Shown piece by piece: positions 13,897 to 53,278 of a stretch of 64,000 nucleotides of DNA (position 1 is its first letter; every line of letters begins with the position of its first letter). The stretch is from Ostrea edulis. Its lineage: Eukaryota. The DNA lies in assembly GCF_947568905.1 (NCBI RefSeq), contig NC_079167.1:75764001-75828000 (forward strand), read 5' to 3'. The notes beneath the pieces were generated by a model. The model did no database searches. It had not been told where the DNA came from and worked only from the letters and a program-made list of their open reading frames with translations. Position numbers and translations under genes: made by a program.

Positions 13897-16800
13897 TCAC
13901 CTTGGTCCATATCAGAAGACTTTCTATATATATTTGCATGTAAAACCTTAGTCCTTATTATGGCCCCAACCTACCCCTGAAGGCCATAGTTTTTGCAAAC
14001 TTGAATCTACACTATGTCAGAAAGCTTTCATGTAAATGTGAACTTCTTTGGCCCAATGGTTCTTGAGAAGAAGATTTTTAAAGATTTTTCCTACATATTT
14101 GTATGTAAAACTTTGATCCCCAACCCTTGTGGCCCCATCCGACCCCCAGGGGCTATGATTTTAACAAACTTGAATTTGCACTTTATCAGAAAGCTTTCAT
14201 GTAAATCTCTGCTTTTCTTGAGAAGAAGATTTTTAAAGATTTTTCCTATATATTTGTATGTAAAACTTTGATCCCCTAATGTGGCCCCATCCGACCCCCG
14301 GGGGCCAGGATTTTAAGAATTTAGAATCTGCACTATATCAGGAAGCTTTCATATAAATCTCAGCTTTTCTGGCTTAGTGGTTCTTGAAACGAAGATTTTT
14401 AAAGATTTTTCCTATATATTTGTATGTAAAACTTTGATCCCCTATTGTGGCCCCATCTGACCCCCGGGGGCCAGGATTTTAACAATCTGCACTATATCAG
14501 GAAGCTTTCATGTAAATCTCAGCTTTTATGGCTCAGTGGTTCTTGAGAAAAAGATTTTTCCTATATATTTGTATGTAAAACTTTGATCCCCTATTGTGGC
14601 CCCATCCGACCCCCGGGGGCCATGATTTTAACAATTTAGAATCTGCACTACCTAATAAAGCTTATCTATAAATTTTATCTTTTCTGGCCCAGTGGTTCTT
14701 GAGAAGAAGATTTTTTAATGACCCTACCCTATTTTTACCTTTTCTTGATTATCTCCCCTTGGAAGGTGGCCTGGCCCTTTATTTTAACAATTTAGAATTC
14801 CCTTTACCTAAGAATGCTTTGTGCCAATTTAGTTGAAATTGGCCCAGTGGTTTTTGAGAAGAAGTCAAAAATGTTAAAAATTTACAGACAGACAGACGGA
14901 CGCCAGAATATGGGTGATCAGAAAAGCTCACTTGAGCTTTTAGCTCAGGTGAGCTAACAACAGAGTAAAAAAGTGAGGCTTTCTTATATATCAAAAGTTA
15001 GTGCGTCTAAGTTTTATGTCTCTGGCCTAAGTTTCTCGAAAGAAACTAAAGTCGAAACTTGAACTTAAGTCTGAGATTAAAAGAAAACTCGAACTTAAGT
15101 TTGAGATTTTTTCCCCCAGAAATCCAAGCCAGGAGCCTGATGTATCAGATGAATGAAATAATGGCTCACAAATCTTTCCACCCCTCTGGATCCCCATAGT
15201 AAGCTTCCACTGACATGGTCTTATCGAAATCCACCCCCAGGCCATCCCAGAATGGTCCAAATGGATTTCCTTCCTTCATCTCGCACTCTCTGTCTGGTTT
15301 ACCATAGCAGACCCCTGTACGGTTTCCTGGGGGCCAGTGGGTGGGGGCCAGATCCCTCATAAAGTCCTTGGCCAGTATCACACGATGGTAGTCCTTTAGT
15401 GGCTCCAGTTTAAACCATTCGTCAAATTCTATATTTTTCTAGGAAAAAGAAAATATTTCCTATACGTAATAATGATCCATATTACGTGTTGACATGTAAA
15501 AGCTTTTGTGTTACTGCAATGATAGAAATTTTAAAGTTGAATTACTATACTTAAGCCTAATGCTGAATTGTAAATTCAATATATACAAAAAAAAAACAAC
15601 AAAAAACTATTTTTATTTAAAATTGTGAACATACAATTTTGTACTTAGTTTAAAGCAAAATTGATCAGAACAGCCAAAAAATACACTGTAAAAGTGGATA
15701 TTTACTTGTGGGGAAAATTTACACTACTTACACGGTCACGTAATAAGTGCATAAATTTCCCCCACCTGTATAGTTAAAGATATTTGATTATGATATAATA
15801 TATATTATATTCAGTTACTGCATATTTTTCTCTGACGCGTAATGTTGGACGTGGAAAAACGGGTACTTAACCCCCAGCATAAATAACCACTTTTATAGTA
15901 CACAAATGTAGAGGCATTCATGAGAATCAAGCCAACTCATTATTGATATAAATGATATCACACTGTTTAGAATGTTTTTACTGAAATGTTACTTAATATA
16001 TATGTATTATAATACAGTGTGTAAATATCAGTTGTATATAGTAACTATATCGTCATACAGTGTGTAAATATCAGTTGTATATAGTATGGGTTTCAGAAAA
16101 AATCGCATTAGATTCATATGTAAAGTTTGAAGTGAAGCAATCATTCAAGAAATATCACATGCGACTAGAAATTATTTGTTCGATTAATCAAACCACGTAC
16201 ATTCAAATGAGTGAGTCTGATAAATCTAGCTGAGAAGTCAATCCAAAGTTATTATTACTCATGTTATTTCCATAACTGTTAAAAAGCAAGAATTTTTTTT
16301 ATCAAATGTAGACGTCTCGCTACCTACAAATTGATTCTGTCCAAAATAAAAATAAGAAAGAAAATATTAAGATCAGCTCTATTATATTATTATATTATAG
16401 AATATTGCGGGGGGTAGATTTCTTATGGATGGGCACTAATAACATGGTTTTTACTAACATGTGACAAAGATGAAAAATAACATTTTGGATGATCTTTAAT
16501 GTATATTTACAAAACATAAGTAGAAAAAGTAAATCTATCCCAGATCAGAAAAAAATAAGGTGTTAAAGGTGGTGGTGGTGGGGGTTGGGGTGGGGGTTGG
16601 AATGACCATGAGCCCAAGTGCCTGTGGCCACAACAGCCATTTCTGGTCCTGATTTTATTTGGTTTTCAATTTCTTTGAAATTCAGTAATTTTCAAATTAA
16701 AATACATGCACTCTGAAAAAGATTTATTTTCTGCCATACTGAATCTGTCTTTTGAACATAACGTCACAAAGTTTATCTATTTTACCCCCTCAGATATCAC

Positions 16801-17327
16801 CAAAAATGTCAACTTTCCAGACAATGTTTGAAATATAAATCATTGGCAACATGCATCAACCAAATTAACTATTTTCATTTTTATATATGAAACGGTAGTT
16901 AATATAGCTTACTCTAACTGCGGTCCACATATACAACTCATTCTTTCTGAAGCTGAACAGCTTCAAAAAGTTACAAATTTTGGCCAGTTAAAATAAAATG
17001 ACAGAAAATGCATGTTGATGTATTTGTGATGTTGTAAAAAATTAAATTGTGGCTAAAATAATAATTACTTAACATGTTTAAACTGTATATCTCAACTTCT
17101 TTACTATAATTATGTGTTTGAGTAGTGATGAAACAATTGTCATCGACAATCGATTGTCAATTGTTTTTGGCCGTACACCAATTGATATTTAATCCGAGAT
17201 TCATCTGACTATTAATCCCGCTTTTATATCGTGACATGTGCGGGGATGAGTCAGAGTGGACTCCATATTGAAAAGAGAGAATTCAGCGACACCAGCTAGT
17301 GTGTATGCTGCACTTATCCATAAAATT

Positions 17328-17378
<51 letters not shown>

Positions 17379-17561
17379 AGATGGCCAAGGTCACAAAGAC
17401 ACATATTTTGGTACTAGTAGAAAGATCTTGTCACAAGAAATGCTCATGTACAATATGAAAGCTGTAACATTTACCATTTAGAAGTTCTGACCAATGTCGA
17501 TTTTTTAAAAAGTAGGTCAAATGTCAAGGTCAAAAGGTTTAGTACCAACGGAAAGGTCTTG

Positions 17562-17596
<35 letters not shown>

Positions 17597-17640
17597 TATC
17601 ACTTACTGTTCAAAAGTTATAACCAAGGTAAAAATTTTCT

Positions 17641-17677
<37 letters not shown>

Positions 17678-17992
17678 AAAAATTGTTGGTACCCATGTAA
17701 AAGTCTTGTCACAAGGAATACTCATGTGAAATAGCAAACCTCTAGTACTTACTGTTCAAAAGTTATTAGCAAGGTTCAAGTTTTCAAAAATTAGGTCCAA
17801 CTCCAAGGTCACAGGGTCAAAAATGTTGGTACCCACGGAAAGGTCTTGTCACAAGGAATACTCATGTGAAATAGCAAAGCTCTAGCTCTTACTGTTCAAA
17901 AGTTATTAGCACGGTTAAAGTTTTCAAAAAGTGGGTCAAACACCAAGGTCAAGGGGTCAAGAATGTTAGCACCCATGGAAAGGTCTTGTCAT

Positions 17993-18024
<32 letters not shown>

Positions 18025-18780
18025 TCATTTACTGTTCAACAGTTTTTATCAATGTTAAAGTTTAATACAAAATTACAGAATGACAGACATGACAAAAACA
18101 ATATGCCCCCTGATCTTCGATCTCAGGGCATAAAAAGAAATAATCCCAAAAATAATAAACATTTATTAACTACATGTAAATACTGATTATATCGATCATT
18201 GATCGATGCAGTTCTTCCGATTATGACCAAAATGATATTTTTCTAATTATTCAACACTAACCTGGAGGGATATACTTACATAAGTTCTAAATGGGGGGAC
18301 TATCAAGGTTCTATCAATCTTTTTGGCAAATGCCAACCCTCCCAAGAAGTGCTCTGCTTGGTTACCAAACCGACCTGATCAACAGAACATGTTAAATATC
18401 AATACACCAACAATCAATACCCATGTATCGTATCTCAGGTAATTTTAGTACTGGATTTGTTGGCAAATGATGAAAATTCGTCAAAAATAAAAGCATCAAC
18501 ATTTTAATTGGTGTACATAATAGTTGGATGGAATAAAATCCATTAAATAATAAAATGCCATCTGACATTCGACATTCCTTTTTTTCAGACAAAGTCTCAT
18601 GATATTCACGACACCAAGAATTACCCAAAACATGAATTTGAAGTATAACTTACCCATACACAGACAGAAAATGATGTACCCTCTTTCATCCCACTCGTGT
18701 TTCTGACTAGATTCTGTCACAAAACACAACAAAATCAGTACTACAAGTCCAAGTCTGTTTGCCTTGCTTTGGTTGGGCAT
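11211..18780 (-). CDS. POFUT1: GDP-fucose protein O-fucosyltransferase 1, 359 aa; exons 18654-18780, 18280-18374, 15170-15438, 13435-13630, 12603-12727, 12204-12309, 11211-11372
   Basis: Spliced translation has a signal peptide, [52 protein letters not shown] and [23 protein letters not shown], matching known POFUT1 (GT65) motifs. All junctions are GT-AG with consistent phases (total 1080 nt). Confidence 0.95.
13080..13446 (-). repeat. 43-bp tandem array containing the POFUT1 exon 4 splice donor
   Basis: Unit (minus strand) GGGATAGACTGG|gtaatattctgttgtcagatcaataattaac. The true donor is at 13435/13434, followed by 7 GT copies and one degenerate copy. Confidence 0.92.
13862..14957 (+). mobile_element. 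Non-autonomous Helentron/Helitron-type element carrying an internal ~165-bp Cg170-like satellite array
   Basis: Start aacaagaggcccatgggccacatcgctcacctgag. About 5 internal monomers (gatcccctattgtggccccatccgaccccc...). (GACA)n/(GACG)n microsatellite. End gagcttttagctcaggtgagctaa. Layout matches described oyster elements (recalled, not searched). Confidence 0.75.
17328..18135 (+). mobile_element. Non-autonomous Helentron-associated (HINE/CvA-like) element with ~160-bp internal tandem repeats
   Basis: Start aacaagatgtgtttgtgaaacac. Repeated aaggtcttgtcacaaggaatactcatgtgaaat units. gacaga microsatellite remnant and 3' hairpin atgccccctgatcttcgatctcagggcat. Confidence 0.7.
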
Positions 18781-19399
18781 TCTTTGCTGCTGTTTTTGTG
18801 CACTATGTGAAAATAATAAAAAAGTTTACCACTAGCTGTCATCTGCATGGATACAATTTTAAAAAAAATGCATTTACTACTGAAAAATAATGATTTACAT
18901 ATCAAATTTTATCTGGTTGCCATATGCTACACTTCATTACTGATACAAGAAATATAGATTTTACCTTGGCGAGACAGGAAAATGAAAACAACATCTAGAT
19001 GCCTCAGCTTCTAGTGATTAATCTCAATTTACTGTTATATGTACAATATTTTTCATTTAAGCGGATACTCTTGGAACAAAAGTGTCTAGATTAATGAGCC
19101 TGGGCAGCATGTCTGTAGGTTTCATACGTGATTAATAACTTTTGGACAAGTAAATAACATTTAGTCTGACATCTCGTTCAAATGTGTGGTACGGCCTGGC
19201 CTCTCTGGTTTACGAACCAACAAAAATGTCAACTACCAGTTAAAATCCTTGCAAACCCTGAAAACTTTTTTTTTTTTTTTTTTTTTTTTTTAAAGTTATG
19301 AGATAAATTATTATCATCGGGCCATTCGGCGTTCCTGCTACGACGTAAAACGCTGAATCGGTTTATAACTTCTCCGTTTTGATAGATATTTACATTTAT

Positions 19400-20000
19400 T
19401 TAAGATTATAATTCTAACGAAGAGTCTCCAGCTTACATCTTCGTACACTGATGCAGTCCATAAATATTAATTCATGCTTGTCTAACAACAACGACAACTA
19501 CGCGACTTACATTTCACTGTCGCTCGTCACTTCGTGTCCATGTTTGTTTTTAAAGTCGGGCTCAATATTTCTGTCAAAGTTACAGTCAGTGACGGTCATA
19601 CAGGGTCTTTTGAAATTAAAAATACAGAAAAAGTGTATTGAATTAAATCGATTATCAATACGTATTACTTTAGTTTGTGCCATACTAAGGTAATCAAAAT
19701 TTACTCGCCGTGGATCTATCCCGTAGATCTGCGAAATAATAAAAATCGAGATCGACATTCTTCATCTTGGCTCTTGATCTACTTTCGAATTCAATCGTCA
19801 GGTGATTTTGCAGATGACAGAAGATGGCAAACTGAAGCGCACTACAAGGAAAGGTTTTGCTGTGATTTTTTATTACAATATCATGCATGTCTGTTGTAGT
19901 TTCTTTGATTTATGATCACGTGTGCTTCGAAATACAATATATACTTTTCATCATTTTGCGGCGCACAAATACATTATTATATTGGACTGTTGGATAACTC
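19400..20000. promoter_or_regulatory. Putative bidirectional promoter and 5' non-coding exons shared by POFUT1 (-) and GAA (+)
   Basis: CpG-rich patch between two CpG-poor genes. Plus-strand donor TCG|gtaagt at 20001 pairs with acceptor tgcag|G at 20361 upstream of the GAA ATG. Minus-strand donor-like GTAAG sites near 19437 and 19510. TSS positions are not determinable. Confidence 0.55.
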
Positions 20001-20377
20001 GGTAAGTCAAATGGACGATATTGAACATCAGGATTCGGGCGCATTTCAGTTCATTGATTAACAGTTACCAATAACCGATTATGCTTATATAACCATGGTC
20101 AGCAAAATTTGCAGACCTCTTAGCTTTTTGTGGTAATTTTTTAACACGCATGAAAATAGTGACGAAAGTTCAATGACCCACTTAAGATGTATGACAGTTC
20201 ATGGGGAATATGATGGGATGATCTCAGATCATGTGCATAGCTTTTTTTTCTTCTTTTTCTTGAGGTCAAGTAGAATTTTTGTAATTTATCTATGAAATGA
20301 AAATTTATTTGTGTGTCATTTCATAAGATAAAAATTAATAGTATATATTGTTTATATGCAGGTTGACTGAGACTAAA

Positions 20378-45714
<25,337 letters not shown>

Positions 45715-47949
45715 TGGAGAAAAAAATCGAGGGGTGGATCCACTAAGTTTGCAACCTTAAGTAGTACTTTTTCTGTCTAAAGAATTACTTTGAAAAATTA
45801 CCTTTTGGTTAGAATTTTCCAACCAAAGGGAGGTTGCAACATCCATAATATTTCCTGCTCCTGTAGATCCACCACTGAAATATTGGATGGGGAGGCGGCT
45901 AGGCCTAGTGCTGTAGATCATACTGCTAACATGTAGTCCATTCCATTATGTTTACATTTCCAATGTTTTTGACTTTGACATCTTTACATATTACAATGAT
46001 AGCTATTTTCTCATAAATGTGATGTAGTTATGAACAATGCCTGGGCATACCAATCTTGAAATATAGTATGCTTATTTTAGGAATAATGACAGTGATGAAA
46101 GTAGAATGTAAACATAAGAAATAAATTTCGCTGATGCACTTCATGAAGTATGCTGGCTTAAATTTGAATTTTATTTCTTAATTATCTAAAACAGAAACTT
46201 TGGACTTGGGAGTTAGCAGTCCACTTGTTTGTAATTTATAGAAGGTTGCTCATGTTCTTCCCAAATTTTGTACATGTACGTCTATTTTCATATTTTTTTG
46301 AAAATGCAGACAAACTTGGTTTTTAGATTCCTTTTTTTTTCCTGAAATACTTTTCATATTCTTGAGGGAACTGTAGAATTATGACGTACATGTTTACCTA
46401 GAGTGGGATTAAAGTTTTGAGTAATGTGTCTTGTTATGTGTGTTTCTGTCTCTGGCCTTTGGAAGTGTGTGTTTTTGAGGTGCTTCCACCCACTCCTTGT
46501 AATTTCTAAATGCTATTTCTGTATGATGATGAGCAATTGTTGGTTGCGTAGATTTTGAGAGGATCAAATGCAGAGAAAGCTTAAAGTGCTTTTTGACAAT
46601 ATTACAAAATGTTTGCTTTGATGAAAATATTTGAACTATGCAGATGTTTCAGTGTTATTTTTTTTTTATACATCTTATTGTCACAAGATGAGTGACAAAG
46701 TTTGAATGTGCATTTGTATGTGTAACTGTAATTCTTATGTTACAATATGTTTTAAAATGATGGCAATCTGAATTGTCTGAAATGCGATTAATTTTCAATT
46801 TATATATAATGATGCTGGTCAATCTATCCCATAATTCCTTTCCATTCCATTACCTCAATTATACTGCTATGCAGATTACCAAGTAGTCAACAATTTCAGT
46901 GTTCACACCCCCACCCCCTCCCCCTCCTGTATGGCCTATCTCTGGCATGTTCAGCTTTGAATAAACAGTCTCACTTGTTTCAAAAGCTTTAAAAAAGCAC
47001 AAAACTTGTACCTTTGTTTACAATAAAATATTTGAAATGAATATTGAGTTTTTTCTAATATCATGTATATTCAGTGAAAAGAAGTTTGATTTCTTGACCT
47101 TTGCCGTCACGTACACACACATGTATAATGTTTACTTAGGACTGGACCTAGAAGCAAATGGAGATTTGATTTTAGATTGTGGTTATAATGATTGGTCTAG
47201 CGGAAATGTGTTAGTAGTATCTCCCTGTCCATCAGTCAACGTTGGAGAAGACCAGGAAAAAGTCATTTACACAATCACTCGAGGAAGGCTTCATTAAAAG
47301 CTTCACCCTGGCTTATTTCTTGTGACCTTACCTCAATCCTACATTATGAAATGAAGGATCATTTTGTATGATAAGGTACTTATATAACTTATCTTATTTA
47401 TTTGGAACAAAATTATACAGGTGTTATATGGGGTTTTATTGCAAAATAAAGGCACTAGAACACCAGTTAAAACATATAGGATTTTATAGCGCATGCTCAC
47501 GGCTATGTCACACTTTTCTAACTTTTCAATGTTCTAGAGACGAATGTAAAACTACAGTTTGAAAAGAATTTTGTATGCAGACAGACAGACATACATATAA
47601 CAACAATATGACTAGAAAATTACAAAACGCAAAGCCACAGTAACTTACAAACGTCAAATAAACGGACAGACATGACACATTATCGTTGCACGGTTAACAT
47701 GCACATGTAACATCGCGCGCTATATATACAATGTAGTGATAAGTCTAACTCATATAGCGCCTTTAGTTTGCTATAAAACCCATTTAATTCTGGTTCCAAA
47801 TATCACCAGGACAATGAATCTGATTAAATACCACATTATACATAACAGGATCTGTATAGTTCCCCATTTATTAGGACTGACATTACCTTTCAATGGATAT
47901 TAAACTCTTAAAATTTACTGGTATATATATTCTTATGTAAATCCCTGCC

Positions 47950-48690
47950 TTAGTATTCGTCCAGTCTAGCCGGCGATATTGTACATGTAGTTGTTTTCTG
48001 GCGGCAAGGAAATATGGGTAGAAAACTATCTTTTGATATCTTTTGCACATATGCAATGCGGGGATTATTATAATTTATTTCCCCTGCCTCCCCACTTTGC
48101 ATTATGAGACACGGTGGTACAATTTTCGTTATTGTCACATTACATAAAGCACTATTGGGTGTGTTTGTATATCGGTGCATACGTACATTACATATATGTT
48201 CAATCTAATTAAAATTAAGACTTGTATAGATCCGCTCCTCTACGATACGCTTCAATGATTATATCCGTTCCTTTGGCTATTGAAACTGGACGTAACACAC
48301 AAACACATGTAGATGAGAGAATATGTACTGTCTGCAAGTCTGACTGTGTAGAAGATGAATTCCATTTTGTATTTGACTGTATAGCATACCAACACTTAAG
48401 AAAACCATTCACAGAGTCCATGAACATTTTGTGCAAGAATTTTATAAACCTGTGTAATAGACAAAAATTTATCTGGCTTATGAGCAACGAATGTAACAAT
48501 ATTATTGAAAAATTTGCCAATTACATATATAGCTGTTCATTACTAAGAAAAGTTGATTTATCATGAACTTGTAAATTCTATTTTTTCATCTATATTTTGG
48601 ATAATCACTCTTTTATGATTTATGTATATGAACTTGTATTCTTTGTATGCCCTCTGGGCCCAAAATTGGAAATGAATTACTTACTTAAGG
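47950..48690 (+). mobile_element. Decayed 3' end of a non-LTR retrotransposon
   Basis: ORF 48222-48566 contains PLAIETGR..R.C..C....EDEFHFVFDC..Y..LR, the Cys/His motif typical of the ORF2 C-terminus of CR1/L2-group LINEs. Short (tact)n-like tail near 48680. Confidence 0.6.
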
Positions 48691-48792
48691 CGATTATAGG
48701 ATTTTATCAAATTAGGTGATTTCATTTGACATTGTTTCTGATTGGCCGACGATCATGAATAATTCATAAAGTAAACTTTTCGGTACATTAGG

Positions 48793-49072
48793 CAGGGCCG
48801 TAAGTAGGGTTCTAAATCAGGGGAGGCAGGGGATTGGGGGCCGCCGATTGACTTTACGACTGAAAATGACACTTTTTAAATCCCAATTTATCATGTTTGT
48901 GTTTCATTTGTACTATGTAAAGAATCGTAATATGGTGTCAAAGACAAAGGTGCTTGTCTTCATTTTAAACATATATCCTATAATATAACATTTATATAAT
49001 TTTATTTTCTTTTTTGCCAAAAAATCAGACGAGGCAGTTGCCTCGTCTGCCTCATCGGCAGTTACGGCCCTG
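48793..49072. mobile_element. MITE, TIR cagggccgtaa, perfect 5-bp TSD (ttagg)
   Basis: ttagg|cagggccgtaa ... ttacggccctg|ttagg. Confidence 0.85.
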
Positions 49073-49899
49073 TTAGGTTTGATTGACCGACGGACCAAGA
49101 ATCAAAATTATCGTGGAGAAATAAAATCTTGCAAACTGTATGTATCCAATGCAGCCATGGAGAGAAAATGATTTAAGTATAGGGTTTTCATGCTCTACAA
49201 TAATCCAACACAGTATATTGGGTATGTAAGAATTTGGAGTTATCGCACTTTATTTACAATTAAAAACACCAACTGGGTAACGAGACGTAAAACTTAAAAA
49301 ACCAGGACCATGCATTCAGGATAGCAGACACATTTAGTCACGATAAAAAACAAGAAACCTGATCTTGGAACTTGATAGGTTGAACACGTTTTACAAAACC
49401 ACACAGGATTGGAAGGATGATGACGATTAAAGTTCACAGATAAGAGATACATGTATACTGCTGTTCAGATTACAAAATCCTGAATTTAAAGAGAAAACCG
49501 TGGCAAGTATGGTTCCATACGTTTTATTTCAAATATTGAGCGAAAGGAAAGGATATACCATGACATTCTACGCCTGAGCGTCTGTAGCGAGTTTCAGGAA
49601 TGTGTTTACCTCCTATCAGTATTAACCAACTTCGACGAGTCCTATTGGGGCTCATTAAAATTACAGCAAGAATTCTTTGATCGTTAAGCAAATTGATAAA
49701 TGAAATAGAAAAAGGGAAATTTAGTAACTGAAAAACTCTGCAGAAAACCAGATTTAAAAAAAAGAAGAAAGAAAGATGTCATTTGAAAAAAATTGTCCAC
49801 CTCTCGCTATATGTATCTGTGCTGTCTATGCGTTCTCTACAAGTATTTGAAACATTTTTAAAAGTGTTTGTATCGGGTTAAATTCAGTTTAAGTCAAAT

Positions 49900-50760
49900 T
49901 TAACCAATTTAACCTGGACACACAAGAGGTGGGGGTTCAGATGCCTAGATGCCTAGGAGGAGTAAGCATCTCTTATTGAAACATACTCATATATAATATG
50001 TTTGAATGGGTGGTGAATGTGAAATGTAAAATGCCATTGGTATTAAACTAGGATATCTAATAATATATGCATATATGTGTCAATGAAAAAATTCGAATAA
50101 AAAAAAGCATCTCTTATTAACCACTCATACTCGCCTGAGCCCTTTATCTTATCAGGTAAATGGAGTGATCCGTAGTCAAAAACGGCGTAAAACTTCGTAT
50201 AAAATACGTCAGACAGCATTCGATCCCGTGATAACTTGTATTTGCCAATATTAGATCCTTATAAGGACGTTAGAATCTGCGAAATGCTGAGTTGAACCCC
50301 CTGTAACATCAAATTATTTATCGGCCCCGATTTCAAAATTGATCATACACAGAACATATTCTCACGTATCGAATCAGTTGAGATTGATTGATTGAATATT
50401 GTTTAACGAGAATATTTTACTCGATGGAGACATCACCATTACCGGTGAAGGGCTGCAAAATTTCGGCCTAGGCTTAGCGCTTATGGCCCTTGAGCAGGGA
50501 GGGATCTTTATCGTGCCACACTTGCTGTGACACGGGACTTCGGTTTTTGCGGTCTCATCCAAAGGACCGACCCATTTAGTCGCCTCTTACGACAAGCAAG
50601 GAGTACTGAGGACCGATTCTAACCCGGATCCCCACGGGATGAATCAGTTGAGAGACATAGACACCATATTCAGGTGATGATGGAATATTGCTACATAAAT
50701 ATGGGAAGTTGACGACGGAGAAGCTGAAATCATCCCGTTTGTCACAAATTTGGGTTCGTC
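49900..50760 (-). mobile_element. Penelope-like retroelement RT remnant, interrupted by a SINE
   Basis: Minus strand reads DKRDDFSFSVVNFPYLCSNIPSSPEYGVYVSQL around 50640-50745. Related pieces at 52280-52500 (+) and 58310-58440 (-). Confidence 0.55.
50384..50640 (-). mobile_element. Oyster-type SINE with 13-bp TSD
   Basis: TSD gaatcagttgaga at 50371-50383 and 50641-50653. Reverse complement is homologous to 4490-4741. Confidence 0.85.
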
Positions 50761-50802
50761 GTCGACATTTATGTCGTTATAGACACAAGTATGATACACC
50801 AT

Positions 50803-51154
50803 AAGAACCGAGGTCCTGTGTCGCAGCTGGCGCAGTAAAGACCCTTAAGAACCGAGGTCCTGTGTCGCAGCTGGCGCAGTAAAGACCCTTAAGAACTGAG
50901 GTCCTGTGTCGCAGCTGGCGCAGTAAAGACCCTTAAGAACCGAGGTCCTGTGTCGCAGCTGGCGCAGTAAAGACCCTTAAAAACCGAGGTTCTGTGTCGC
51001 AGCTGACGCAGTAAAGACCCTTAAGAAACGAGGTCCTGTGTCGCAGCTGGCGCAGTAAAGACTCTTAAGAACTGAGGTCCTGTGTCGCAGCTGGCGCAGT
51101 AAAGACCCTTAAGAACCGAGGTCCTGTGTCGCAGTTGGCGCAGTAAAGACCCCT
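50803..51154 (+). repeat. 44-bp tandem repeat x8 derived from the SINE body
   Basis: aagaaccgaggtcctgtgtcgcagctggcgcagtaaagaccctt resembles the SINE segment aaaaccgaagtcccgtgtcacagcaagtgtggcacgataaagatccct. Confidence 0.85.
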
Positions 51155-51551
51155 AATTCTAAATTGGCATAAATATATCAATACAATCACTTTGCTTATC
51201 TATACAATGATATGTGTTCCAATCAAATAATTATGTACTTATTTCTTGTACATAAAGGCAAGTGTGTGCTCAACGGTTTGCATGTGGCAAAAAATGATGC
51301 TATTTTATATCGAAATTCTGACAATCTTGTGGTTTCATACATTTACATTCGTGATCAAGATTCAAATGGAGTGATATACCTTTCTCTGGGACTAACGTTA
51401 TAAGACATACTCGTACTACAAAGATGTCAAAGTTACACCTTATTTTGACGTTTCTTAGGAAGAGGGTTTGGCGTAGCGGACACTCTGAATATGTATCTGA
51501 AATAAAACAGAAAGTTTTGTTAGAAATATATACATGTATTTTTATCATCCC

Positions 51552-51815
51552 GATAGGCAAGGGGCGTGATCCGCTCCTCTCAGCTAGCGAAAAATGATAT
51601 ATCTCCGATAGGCGAGGGATTTGATTCGCTCCTCTCAGCTTGCGAAAAATGATATATCTCTGATAGGCAAGGAATTTGATCCGCTCCTCTCGGCTTGCGA
51701 AAATGATATATCACCAATAGGCGAGGGATGTGATCCGCTCCTCTCGGCTTGCGAAAAATGATATATCTCCGATAGACAAGGGATTTGATCCGCTCCTCTC
51801 GGCTTGCGAAAAGGA
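51552..51815. repeat. ~55-bp tandem repeat, about 5 copies
   Basis: gataggcaaggggcgtgatccgctcctctcagctagcgaaaaatgatatatctcc. Confidence 0.88.
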
Positions 51816-52269
51816 TATATTACACAAAGTCAAGGTAAGGGCATGTAAATGTCACATGGACGTGTCGGTTATATAATATTCTCGCATTTAGTTATTGCGT
51901 ACTGACGGTTAAAAGCATCTGGATAAAAATGGAAATGTTTAAATATCGGAATGAGACATCAAATAATCTTTGTCACGACATAACAAGAAATCTGATCCTT
52001 AAACTCAGTAGCTTAAGTACATTTTTACAAAATTACGTGCACTTTGAGGAAATATGTCAATTAAAGTTCCCTGATAAGAGATATCGCTGTCGAGACTACA
52101 AACATATGAATTTCGAGAAGAGAACCGTGGCAGGTATGATTCCAGTTTTTTAACGAGAGCAGACAGCATTACATCACGATGCCTGAATGTGTGTGGTGAA
52201 TTTCTAGGATATCTTAACTACAAATCCTGTCTTACTGCTGAACCGATCATTATTAAATGTCGATTATGC

Positions 52270-52560
52270 ATGTATATATCCCAGTGAACTCGAAATAAAA
52301 GACAGCACAGATTCTTCCATATCTGCTTCATATTTGGATACCGTCAACTTCCCATATTCATGTAGCAATATTCCATCATCACCTGTATTTAAGTCTCTCA
52401 ATTGATTTGATACGCGGGAGTATGTTCTACGTATGATCAATTTTGAAACCGAGGCAGGTTACTGGCAAACATATTGACGTTACAGCGATTTCAACAGTCG
52501 TAACAAATTGATCCTCTCTGTCCTATACTTACACAAGGGGGATCCGTAATCCCAAAATAC

Positions 52561-52612
<52 letters not shown>

Positions 52613-52695
52613 CACAAAAACTATGACCTTTCCCCGATCGATAAATATAGAACAGAAAGGGTCAAATTTTAATATGACCAAACAAAAAAAAACCC

Positions 52696-52733
<38 letters not shown>

Positions 52734-53020
52734 AACAAACAACACCAACAACAAAAACCCATGACAAGCCCGTTTGGTCAACACTTTGCAAATTCTATGT
52801 TCATTATAATGATCTAATTTGCAAACACGACTTGTCATTAGGTCGAACACCGTCTGACTGTTTCATACCGATTGATAGATCGTACATACCGAATTTTGAT
52901 TACGGATTATTCCGTTTACATGTCAGATCAAGATGTCGGACTCACAGGGGGTGTTGGAGTCAACGGAATGTTTACTCTTCCTAAGCACTTGATCACCAAT
53001 TGAAATGATAAGTCATTTTC
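52270..53020 (+). mobile_element. Penelope-like retroelement RT remnant with microsatellite insertions
   Basis: ELEIKDSTDSSISASYLD / VNFPYSCSNIPSSP in the plus strand; frame disrupted. Confidence 0.55.
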
Positions 53021-53097
53021 TCATTGACGTAAACGATGAGCGTATAAATCTTGATAAATATCGTACGTCGGTTTCTAAGACTGGGAATTCCAACAGG

Positions 53098-53278
53098 AAT
53101 GAAAGTAGAATGTAAATATAAGAAATGAAAGTAGAATGTAAATATAAGAAATGAGAGTAGAATGTAAATATAAAAAATGAAAGTAGAATGTAAATATAAG
53201 AAATGAGAGTAGAATGTAAATATAAGAAATGAAAGTAGAATGTAAATATAAGAAATGAGAGTAGAATGTAAATATAAG
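53098..53278. repeat. 26-bp tandem repeat x7
   Basis: aaatgaaagtagaatgtaaatataag. Confidence 0.9.

Noticed and set aside
46095-46125. Match between the GAA 3' region and the 26-bp array at 53098
   Set aside because: Short and AT-rich; probably a fragment of a dispersed repeat, with no evidence of a functional link.
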